Positions 1 through 8,129 of a stretch of 36,955 nucleotides of DNA are shown in pieces. The position numbers and the translations under genes are program-made. This DNA is from a virus. Its lineage: Duplodnaviria > Caudoviricetes. Under the pieces are notes generated by a model, which made no database searches, had not been told where the DNA came from, and worked only from the letters and a program-made list of their open reading frames with translations. How positions within the stretch are numbered: the stretch's first letter is position 1; each line of letters opens with the position of its first letter. The DNA lies in IMG/VR virus record IMGVR_UViG_3300017963_000499, positions 1 to 36,955 of that record, one strand, 5' to 3'.

Positions 1-1
1 C

Positions 2-3000
2 CGTATTTTCTCCAAGATATATCCCGCTTGAAGTAAAGTTCGCATGATATCCACGTTGAATATGCATAGTAGAAGTATTTTTGCATGGATTCTTGCCCCA
101 AAACATCACGCATACATGGTCTAGCTCAAGCGGCTGTGGATATCTGACATCACTAGTAGAAAGACCTGCCTCAAAAGATATCTGTCCAAGTTTATGTCTA
201 ATGGCAGTCCCGTTACGCATCCCAATAAGATTTGTATCATCTACTGGCGCAATAAACGTAAGGTAATCTTCATGTACTTCCGGACCCCATGTGATCGTCG
301 TGCCAGACACTTTTCCTAGCCTGAAATCCTCGTTGTCGTTCAGTCGATATCTATAGACCAATATGTCGTCTTGCAATCTAACTATCTGTTGCGATGTAAC
401 GCTTCCGGGGCCAGTTTCATCTATGTAGCCACTTGCCCCAAGAGTAATTGTTACTCCACTTATAGATGCCATCCTATACCAATAATCATAATTGGCATGC
501 CATCCAACCACTACAGTATCAGATCTGACCAAAGACATCATAGAATTCGTTGGTCCAGCCAGCCAAGAATCTCTATAGGTATAATCTGAACCCCATGATA
601 TGCTTGTTCCAGACACTTCTCCTATTCTGATGAAGCCAGATCCGCCCCCAGTGGGCGTATATTCTAGAGCAAATCTAGTAGAATCTAATCCAACCATCTT
701 CGGATCTTGAGCATTGGCAGAACTCGTATTCGCAATAAACTGATCATAAGTAATAGTGTGAGATATGCCGCTAACATCACCGATTCTAAGATAGAAATTT
801 GATCCGTGTATATTTCCAACAACGAACTTGTCATCGGTCAATCTAACCACTTGAAGCCCGCCACCCCATTGCGGCCATGATTGGTCGGCCCCTAATGTGA
901 TTGTCGTTCCAGATACTTCTCCAACTCTAGTCCGCGTTGTTCCCCCTCCATAATCCAAGGCCATCATTACAAATTTGTTAGATGTAAGCTTGGCCAATTG
1001 TGTGTTTCGGACACTTGTACCAGTCTCAAACTTTACCCTATCTCCCCAAGTTATTGTTCTGTCTTCATTGATGGTCCCAGCGCGAGCCCAAATATCAACA
1101 GTACCCTCTACATTCGAAGTATATGAAACAACTACGTGAGTATCATCTAAACTAACCGCACCAAAGTATGCTTGATTTCCACCACTAGGTTCTATTACAC
1201 CTGTCGCCGAATCCCAGTTAACGGCATGCGTTGTTAAAGCAGATACACCGCTTCCAATAACACCGGGGACGAATACGCCTTGTCCAGACCAATCCGTGTT
1301 CAACGTATGCTCCGTTGCATTGTCAACTGGATGATAGAAAACCACATTCTCTGGATCTATCAAGCCAGATGCGCTATGTCTCTTAATAAACAGATTGGAT
1401 TCGCCAGAGCTTTCTATATGACCAATCGTGGCCAACGGCCTATTCTCTGGCGCAACGGTAAAATTGTTCATTGTAACGCCGTAGACTTCTGCAAGACGGT
1501 AAAGTTTGAGGAGTTCTGCATCTGTAAATTCTGTATTGTCCATCCAGACTACTGCTTCGTCTACCCACTGGGCTTCTTGGTTTTGATTATCTAGGGCGAT
1601 TTTGGCATTGGCAGCAGTAAATCCGCTAGGCATTTGTGTTCCTGAGCCATTCCCGCGATTAACGTATGAAGCCCCATCAACAGATGTTTTAAGAGTCCAT
1701 GTGCCACTAACTCCATGATCAAAATCTAATACAAGCAGGTGATCTCCACCGTCATTAAGACTGGACATCATTCCTGAGATGCCAGACGTCCAAGTGACTG
1801 TGCCAGTGCCGAGGACGACACTTGTACTATCAAGTGCAACATTAAAGTTGCGCTGAACTTCTATGGTGGCAGCATTGGTTGTAGGATTCTTCACCCATGC
1901 GGCAATAGTAATATGCTCCTGTGTCGTGCCACTTGGATACCCAGAAGCACTTTCTATAGATGCTTCGTAATCTATCGTTCCGATAAATTCGAATAGATCT
2001 CCGTTTAATTCATACATATAGAAATAATGATCAGCGTCAAAGGCTTGTCGTGGAGCATCTGGTTGGCTTATAGTCGTTTCTTCTAATATCGCTTGCGAAC
2101 CAAACGTAATTGTTGTTCCACTGACCGTCCCTATATTAGATGCTGGATCATTATTTTGACTTTGATATGTAGCAACGAATGAATCAGAATCCATTCGTGT
2201 CAATCTCAATTCTTCTGTATGGGTATGAAACTGAGCATAACTTCCAGACGTAATCGTAGTCCCGCTTACTGTTAATACTCTAGCTCGCCCCGGATTACCG
2301 CCAGCAGTATCTTGATAAGCTACAATTGCTTTGTCTGTATCAAGCTTAATGACATCTATATAATTATCGCTAGGATCAGCAACCGTATATCCAGACCCCC
2401 AAGTGATAGTAGTTCCAGATACAGAACCAATCCTAGCATATGCTTTACCATCAACTGTGTCATGATGGACAACCATAAATCTGCCAGAATCTAAAGCTGC
2501 AACCTGTATGTTGCCACCTTGACTTGGAAAATTGGTTGGTGATCCTGCGACTATACTTGTTCCAGATGCTATTAGTACGCGAGCATAACCACTTGCATTA
2601 GTGTTATGAGTATAAACGAATACCGCGCCAGAAGTATCAAGTGCATCTGCATCTAAATAATAGCGACCATTATTATCAGAATATTCAACTTGCGAATCAC
2701 CATCTGCCAGAAGATCATATGTTGCCCCAAAACTAACGGTATTCCCAGAGACAGTACCAACATGAGCATAGGCGCGAGAAGCCCATATCGCACTAACAAC
2801 AATGAATCCGCTAGGGCCAAGGATGGCAGTTGCTGTTCCCGGAGTATTGGTCGCAGTTACTATGGATTCCGGACCCCACACCATAGTCCCGCCGCTAAAT
2901 GTCCCAACATGTGCAACCTTTTCCCAAGAACCATCAAGTTGGGCATAAAATCTGATTAAGTGCGTACTATCTAATCTTTCTACTCCCAAACCGTTTGAGT

Positions 3001-3196
3001 CAAGATTAGATATCGTTTCAGTTGGGCCAGTATAGCTGAAGGCATCAGCAGCTATCGCACTGTTTGCGCTACCTATTTTCCCTGCGGTAAAACCTGCCGA
3101 TCCAGTCCATGTAATACCGAGAGTATGTTCTGTGTAATCATCTAATGGATGATAAAATACTGCGGCATCGGATTGCAGAAGTCCAGAAGTGCTCAT
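2..3196 (-). CDS. Large virion-associated protein (>1065 aa, truncated by window start); tandem modules of a LamG/ConA-like domain with an inserted beta-propeller
   Basis: Not in the ORF track because there is no stop in the window. Hand translation from ATG at 3196 (GAGGT upstream) gives MSTSGLLQSDAAVFYHPLDDYTEHT..., open to position 2. It has 12 copies of a GxVSGTTITWG-like blade motif, LamG-like TIAAWVKNP and WVDEAVVW...FTDAELLKLY motifs, and a second module starting VVFYHPVDNATEHT. Confidence 0.85.
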   Translation of the reverse strand, partial: MSTSGLLQSDAAVFYHPLDDYTEHTLGITWTGSAGFTAGKIGSANSAIAADAFSYTGPTETISNLDSNGLGVERLDSTHLIRFYAQLDGSWEKVAHVGTFSGGTMVWGPESIVTATNTPGTATAILGPSGFIVVSAIWASRAYAHVGTVSGNTVSFGATYDLLADGDSQVEYSDNNGRYYLDADALDTSGAVFVYTHNTNASGYARVLIASGTSIVAGSPTNFPSQGGNIQVAALDSGRFMVVHHDTVDGKAYARIGSVSGTTITWGSGYTVADPSDNYIDVIKLDTDKAIVAYQDTAGGNPGRARVLTVSGTTITSGSYAQFHTHTEELRLTRMDSDSFVATYQSQNNDPASNIGTVSGTTITFGSQAILEETTISQPDAPRQAFDADHYFYMYELNGDLFEFIGTIDYEASIESASGYPSGTTQEHITIAAWVKNPTTNAATIEVQRNFNVALDSTSVVLGTGTVTWTSGISGMMSSLNDGGDHLLVLDFDHGVSGTWTLKTSVDGASYVNRGNGSGTQMPSGFTAANAKIALDNQNQEAQWVDEAVVWMDNTEFTDAELLKLYRLAEVYGVTMNNFTVAPENRPLATIGHIESSGESNLFIKRHSASGLIDPENVVFYHPVDNATEHTLNTDWSGQGVFVPGVIGSGVSALTTHAVNWDSATGVIEPSGGNQAYFGAVSLDDTHVVVSYTSNVEGTVDIWARAGTINEDRTITWGDRVKFETGTSVRNTQLAKLTSNKFVMMALDYGGGTTRTRVGEVSGTTITLGADQSWPQWGGGLQVVRLTDDKFVVGNIHGSNFYLRIGDVSGISHTITYDQFIANTSSANAQDPKMVGLDSTRFALEYTPTGGGSGFIRIGEVSGTSISWGSDYTYRDSWLAGPTNSMMSLVRSDTVVVGWHANYDYWYRMASISGVTITLGASGYIDETGPGSVTSQQIVRLQDDILVYRYRLNDNEDFRLGKVSGTTITWGPEVHEDYLTFIAPVDDTNLIGMRNGTAIRHKLGQISFEAGLSTSDVRYPQPLELDHVCVMFWGKNPCKNTSTMHIQRGYHANFTSSGIYLGENT

Positions 3197-3213
3197 AACC
3201 TTACCTCAATTTC

Positions 3214-3768
3214 CTAATACCTTCGGTTTCTACAATTATGCTGAACTGTACTAGCTAGTTCGTCAAAAAACCAAGTTACGGAATTGTAGTATGCATCAAC
3301 ATCAGGATCTCTATACGGGCTAACGACAAATCCTGCGGCACCGGCACCGGCAGCAGAAGAAGCTTCAAGTTGCCATCTTAGCTTTTCATAAGATGCGCAC
3401 GGCCCAAGTTCCAAAATATCTTTGTATCCACGAAAACTGACACTCGTGTCCACCATACTATCGCCGTCTCGCACCCTAATACCCTGACCTAAAGCAGTTT
3501 GGTATGATCCCTGATTAATGATACAAGCAGCTTTCAGCGGGAAAAGCGCCTGCACAGCTACGTCGCTATTGTCTACTGGGTCTGGCGATATGGTCACGGC
3601 ATCGATGTCAAAAACGTAGCTATAAGAAAGGGTCGCTTCATTTTGCACAATAATGCCTGCTGCCACCAAAACCCGCTGAAGATACGCATCGGTATTACTC
3701 TGCGGTGTATTCAGATCATTGATCAGAACACGTAGCATCAAGACTAGGTCTGTCTCCCAAGTCGCCAC
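3214..3768 (-). CDS. Putative head-tail adaptor / head completion protein
   Basis: 184 aa downstream of the capsid block; N-terminal LRVLINDL...TDAYL pattern and size fit helical adaptor proteins. Function inferred mainly from position. Confidence 0.5.
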   Translation of the reverse strand: MATWETDLVLMLRVLINDLNTPQSNTDAYLQRVLVAAGIIVQNEATLSYSYVFDIDAVTISPDPVDNSDVAVQALFPLKAACIINQGSYQTALGQGIRVRDGDSMVDTSVSFRGYKDILELGPCASYEKLRWQLEASSAAGAGAAGFVVSPYRDPDVDAYYNSVTWFFDELASTVQHNCRNRRY

Positions 3769-3780
3769 TGTAAACCCCCT

Positions 3781-4131
3781 TTATATCTGCTGGATGTAGG
3801 AGCTTTTATCATTCAGCGAGGGCATCCCACCATCGACATTCTCTCGATTGAACAGAATAAAATCTCCCTCATCTGAGTTAGCTCCACCATCTGACATTCG
3901 CCAGTGATACTGGACTCTACTACCAGTCAGAACGGGTATGTTGCCTAAAGACCAACTAAATCTTCCGGTATTGCCGATCTCTGTACACGTTGAAGACGTG
4001 ACTGTCTGAATCACGCCATCTACCCACAGTTCAATAGTGACTGATATGCCAGTAACCAACTCGCCAACGATAGCAGACGGTTCGTCTAGCGAATATTCAT
4101 AATCTGGATATGATTCTCCGATTAAAGGCAT
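3781..4131 (-). CDS. Small beta-rich virion protein, paralog of the C-terminal domain of the adjacent YWTD protein
   Basis: 116 aa, GAGGAG RBS; SVTIELW..TCTEIGNTGRFSW..QYHWRMS aligns with SVTVEIW..TCYQIGNTSYWRW..QFLFRMT in 4142..6097. Confidence 0.75.
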   Translation of the reverse strand: MPLIGESYPDYEYSLDEPSAIVGELVTGISVTIELWVDGVIQTVTSSTCTEIGNTGRFSWSLGNIPVLTGSRVQYHWRMSDGGANSDEGDFILFNRENVDGGMPSLNDKSSYIQQI

Positions 4132-4141
4132 GGTCTCCTCC

Positions 4142-6097
4142 TTACGTCAAAGTAAACGTATCATGATAAGTCGCCCCGGTATTCGCAGTCATCCTAAACA
4201 AGAATTGACCAGTTGAAACACCATCGGGCATGTTGTTTATATTCCATCTCCAATAACTAGTATTTCCAATTTGATAACATGTGTCGTCATCAAGAGTTAA
4301 CTGTTGTCCAGTTAAAAGATTCCATATCTCTACAGTGACTGAAACTATTGAACCAGAGAAATACCCTATCAGCCACTTTGGATTAGTCTTCTTAGTCCTG
4401 TTCTGTCCCGCGCCGCCGGGCGGGTTCGTTCCTTGAATAAATAATCTTTGAGTATCTTCGCTTGCCAAGAAGTTTTCGAGGAAAAGATCCACATTTCCTG
4501 TAGCCGTTAATGTGGACGCCAAATCAAAACTAACGCCACGAACAGAGCTTAACCCAGAGGTGACAATGTCCTCAACACTTGACCCATCAAAATTCGACCT
4601 CTGAATCTTGTTGGCAGACTGATCCGCCCAATAGACCTTTGAGATATCCAACTCAAGAGCTATACCAACGGGATTATTAAGGCCGCTAACGATTGTCTCA
4701 ACACTAGAACCGTCAAGATTTGCCTTCTGAATTACATCGTTAGTCCGATCAGTCCAGTACATCTTACCATTCGTGATATCTAAGTCGATATCTCTCGGAT
4801 AATCAAGGCCGGTATCAATTAGAGTCTCTCGACTAGACCCGTCAAGATTCGATCTTTCTATTTTGTCTGTTCCACGATCTACCCAGTAAAGCTTATTTGC
4901 AGTCAAATCTAGGGCCAAGCCCTCTGGATTTGTCAAACCACTAGTAACCAAATCCTCAATGCTTGATCCGTCGAGGTTCGCCCTTTGTATTTTATTCGTG
5001 CCATCGTCAGACCAATAAATCTTACTATTAGATAGATCGACTGCTAGACCAACAAGTTGACTCATTCCCCTGACGACAACCTCTAGGTCACTTCTGTTCG
5101 TCGCCGTCTCTCCTGATGGAAGAGTCTGGCCGCATTTCTTGATCATTCCAGTATTTGTGTCTGTAAAGTATATCTCGTTAGCGACAGTGTCGACAAAAGT
5201 CCTTTGTGGCCATACAGTTCTCTTGGCAGCGACATCTTCCGGATTAGAACCATCAAGATCCGCCCTGCGGAGCCTATCGTTTGATCTGTCAAACCAATAT
5301 ACCTTTCCGGCTGTGAGATCAAGTGCCACGCCCCACGGCTCTGTTGTTCCAGTGATAATATCTTCTTGACTTGACCCATCAAGGTTTGATCTTTGTATTT
5401 TGTCGGCTGTATAATCTGCCCAATACATTTTGCCACTAGCCACATGAAGGGCAACATGGACCGGCAAGCCCAACCCGCTTACCACGGTCTCCCTATTAGA
5501 ACCATCAAGATCTGCTCTTTCGATCTTGCCAGCGGTTCCGTCAGTCCAATATACTTTATCAGCAGAAGTATCTACTGCGACACCTTCTGGATTACCTAAA
5601 CCACTTGTAACAACATCTTCAAGATTTGATCCATCCAAATCGCATCGCTGAATCTTATCTATATCTCTATCGCAGAGAAAGATCTTGCCAGACGGCAAAT
5701 GAAGGGCGAGAGATCTCGGATTGACAAAGCCATCTCCACTTCCAAGGATCTTCTCTGCACTAGATCCGTCAAGGTTTGCTCGGTGAAAACTAGGCTCTGC
5801 TAGCTGGTTTACCCAATATATTTTGCCACCAGATACGTCTACGTCTATGTCTATCGGAGAATTAGTGCCGCTAGTCGAGCTAAAGATCTCTGTATCGAAC
5901 GATCCGTTCCTGTCGGATCTTCGAATAGTATCACTCCCGGTGTCTGTCCAATAGATATGATCATTCGTAGGATCTATAAATATTCCATGCGGAGAAAAAT
6001 CAAGATATGCGATCATGTTTGCTTCGTTTGATCCGTCTGTATCATATCTGACAATTCTTAGATTAAGCAAGTCGCATGCGTAAAGATTGTTCGCCAT
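4142..6097 (-). CDS. LDL-receptor class B (YWTD) beta-propeller repeat protein with C-terminal beta-sandwich-like domain
   Basis: 12 repeats of about 43 aa of the form GKxYWTD..DKIQRANLDGS..EDLVTSGL..P.GLALD; no signal peptide evident. Confidence 0.93.
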   Translation of the reverse strand: MANNLYACDLLNLRIVRYDTDGSNEANMIAYLDFSPHGIFIDPTNDHIYWTDTGSDTIRRSDRNGSFDTEIFSSTSGTNSPIDIDVDVSGGKIYWVNQLAEPSFHRANLDGSSAEKILGSGDGFVNPRSLALHLPSGKIFLCDRDIDKIQRCDLDGSNLEDVVTSGLGNPEGVAVDTSADKVYWTDGTAGKIERADLDGSNRETVVSGLGLPVHVALHVASGKMYWADYTADKIQRSNLDGSSQEDIITGTTEPWGVALDLTAGKVYWFDRSNDRLRRADLDGSNPEDVAAKRTVWPQRTFVDTVANEIYFTDTNTGMIKKCGQTLPSGETATNRSDLEVVVRGMSQLVGLAVDLSNSKIYWSDDGTNKIQRANLDGSSIEDLVTSGLTNPEGLALDLTANKLYWVDRGTDKIERSNLDGSSRETLIDTGLDYPRDIDLDITNGKMYWTDRTNDVIQKANLDGSSVETIVSGLNNPVGIALELDISKVYWADQSANKIQRSNFDGSSVEDIVTSGLSSVRGVSFDLASTLTATGNVDLFLENFLASEDTQRLFIQGTNPPGGAGQNRTKKTNPKWLIGYFSGSIVSVTVEIWNLLTGQQLTLDDDTCYQIGNTSYWRWNINNMPDGVSTGQFLFRMTANTGATYHDTFTLT

Positions 6098-6486
6098 TAC
6101 AACCTCGCTAACTTAGCTAAACTAACCAAAAATTTCTCATCACAAAAATGCCTACGAAACTCTTCGTCGCTATAGCGGATAGCAGCGGCAGAACGCTTGT
6201 TCCTAAGCGGAAAATGGAGGGTTTTAAATCTTTTGACAATCGTGGATGGATGGACACCAAGAAGCTCGCCAATCTGATAACATGATAGCCCAAAGTTGTA
6301 CAGAATTATGATAACACCATCTGGAAATAGCTTGTTGGCTTTTGATTTGTTTCTGAGCCTAACCTTGTTCTTTTTCAAGATGTTATATATAGTAGCTACA
6401 CTTCTTCCGTCTAGCTCGGATATCTCGGCACAACTCATTCTTCTCTTCGTGTATAAGGTGCAGATCTTCCCATGAGATAACGGCAT
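6097..6486 (-). CDS. Tandem helix-turn-helix DNA-binding protein
   Basis: Two HTH-like repeats (MSCAEISELDGRSVATIYNIL; LSCYQIGELLGVHPSTIVKRF); stop overlaps the YWTD gene start (TAATG). Confidence 0.75.
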   Translation of the reverse strand: MPLSHGKICTLYTKRRMSCAEISELDGRSVATIYNILKKNKVRLRNKSKANKLFPDGVIIILYNFGLSCYQIGELLGVHPSTIVKRFKTLHFPLRNKRSAAAIRYSDEEFRRHFCDEKFLVSLAKLARL

Positions 6487-6520
6487 AAAATCCCCCCAAT
6501 TAAATACTATTCACTAGAGA

Positions 6521-6530
6521 ATTATACACC
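6521..6530 (-). promoter_or_regulatory. GTGTATAAT (extended -10-like) promoter motif upstream of the HTH/YWTD block
   Basis: Minus strand reads GGTGTATAAT; the same 9-mer lies upstream of the protease, portal and Nudix genes. Confidence 0.65.
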
Positions 6531-6532
6531 AT

Positions 6533-6570
6533 AAAGGAAAAAGGGCCGGGAAGCAAGTCCCGACCCTTTG
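6533..6570 (-). terminator. Rho-independent terminator after major capsid gene
   Basis: Minus strand AAGGGTCGGGA-CTTGCT-TCCCGGCCCTT hairpin followed by TTTCCTTT, about 20 nt after the MCP stop. Confidence 0.8.
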
Positions 6571-6591
6571 AGTGACTGGATTTAGGTGGGA

Positions 6592-7635
6592 TTAGAAGCT
6601 GCCGAGCAGAACCCTTCTGCTGTCCAGAACCGCGAAGCCCTGTTCCTGCCAAGCATAGAAACCAGCTTTCCTGCGTCTGTGAAGATTCTCATCCTCAAAG
6701 ATGGTAAGCTCTTCCTTGACTGGCATGACAAAAGAGTCATTCTGCTGGAGATCAAGGCCGATCACAATTTCCTCGTCACTAGCTCCCATGGAGTCAGCGA
6801 GAGTAATGCTGTAATAGTCTTGGAACTCCTGACCAACACCCAATTCTGTGATCGGATGCAGTCGGACGCCGTAGATCGAGGCCAGAGGCCCGGTGTTGGG
6901 ATCATCACTCGCCACGAAGATCTCGCGGAGAGTAAAGTCATCAGCATCGCTGGAACCCCAAGCTCTGATATCCTCAATCGCCTCCGGACTGATAAAGAGA
7001 TCAGTCAGGCGAGCCCGACCCTGTGAAGCGCTGTTTCCGCCGCCAAGACGCTGCATTGACGTCTTCATGAGACTCACGAGTCTCTTTGTAAACTGACCAG
7101 CAGTTGCAGCACTATCATAGACCAGAGGAGCAGCACCTAGATAATCAGTTCTGCCAGCACCAGCAGAAATGATCGTTCTCCAACCATCGGTGTTCATCTT
7201 CCTCACGAAACCAGCTTCAAGGACTTCCATCGCACGAGCGACGATATTCCATCGAGCGGCACGACTGTACTTCAACGACCAATCAATCGCGTTTGCGATA
7301 TCATAGGTCGTGACAGTGACCACATCGCCGGAAATCGCTCTCTCAGGAATACGACCTTCGCCCGGTACGACGTAGGCGACAAAATCGTCTTCGTTACTCC
7401 CATGCAAGAAGAAATCCAGTGGATACTCTGCCGTAGCACCCGGATCGAGCATTTCTGGAGCAAAGATGCCAGCCAGAATGTCGCCATTCAGAAGGGCCGA
7501 ACGGAGCGGTGTCTGCAATGCTTGAGCAAGTGCATGCATCGCTTCCAGTGCCTCTGCTCTGTTACTTGAGCCGGTACGTCTAAGCAGTTCAGTCATCTCT
7601 GGAGTAGGTTTTTGCAATTGACGCTTCATTCTCAT
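6592..7635 (-). CDS. Major capsid protein (probable HK97 fold)
   Basis: 347 aa; canonical position after portal-protease-decoration genes; C-terminal GFYAWQEQGFAVLDSRRVLLG capsid-like end; strong RBS and downstream terminator. Confidence 0.85.
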   Translation of the reverse strand: MRMKRQLQKPTPEMTELLRRTGSSNRAEALEAMHALAQALQTPLRSALLNGDILAGIFAPEMLDPGATAEYPLDFFLHGSNEDDFVAYVVPGEGRIPERAISGDVVTVTTYDIANAIDWSLKYSRAARWNIVARAMEVLEAGFVRKMNTDGWRTIISAGAGRTDYLGAAPLVYDSAATAGQFTKRLVSLMKTSMQRLGGGNSASQGRARLTDLFISPEAIEDIRAWGSSDADDFTLREIFVASDDPNTGPLASIYGVRLHPITELGVGQEFQDYYSITLADSMGASDEEIVIGLDLQQNDSFVMPVKEELTIFEDENLHRRRKAGFYAWQEQGFAVLDSRRVLLGSF

Positions 7636-7647
7636 TCACCCCCTTCT

Positions 7648-8115
7648 TTAAATATCAATGGATACTCTGGCAAAGCCATCAGCATCAACAGTAGTTTCGA
7701 ATCTCCCAATCGCAACAGCACCACTCGCCTGAGTGGTCGAGATTAGGCCACTAGCACCGACATAAGCAGTACCCCCAACAGCAGGAGTCCCAGTGATCTT
7801 GTCGGTGACAACCCAACCCTGACGAATAAGCGTACACTTTTCGCCGGGACGAATCTCCAAGTTATGGAAATTCTTGTAGTCACGAGTTGAACTAAGTGCA
7901 GGATTCACGTCCTGAACGAGAATGCCCTTCGGCACAGCGCCGGACGGATCAGCAGCGTACTGGACCACGTTTGACGTGTGATCCATAGCCACACCAGAAC
8001 CAACACTTTCAACACTAGCCACGCCACCTTTGGTCTGCGTGTTCTGCGCTGTCAATTCGGACCAAAACATCGTGATATCGGTATCGATTACAGTTCGATC
8101 TGGTTTAAGAGCCAT
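7648..8115 (-). CDS. Head decoration / cement protein
   Basis: 155 aa Gly/Ala/Thr-rich beta protein immediately upstream of MCP (PKGILVQDV, GWVVTD, AYVGASGLIS). Confidence 0.65.
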   Translation of the reverse strand: MALKPDRTVIDTDITMFWSELTAQNTQTKGGVASVESVGSGVAMDHTSNVVQYAADPSGAVPKGILVQDVNPALSSTRDYKNFHNLEIRPGEKCTLIRQGWVVTDKITGTPAVGGTAYVGASGLISTTQASGAVAIGRFETTVDADGFARVSIDI

Positions 8116-8129
8116 TCGTATTCACCCCC

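Noticed and set aside
81-2959. Short plus-strand ORFs in the track
   Set aside because: They are antisense shadows of the long minus-strand ORF 2..3196.
4142-6097. Eukaryotic contamination as source of the YWTD gene
   Set aside because: No introns, EGF modules or signal peptide; overlaps a phage gene and shares a domain with the next one.
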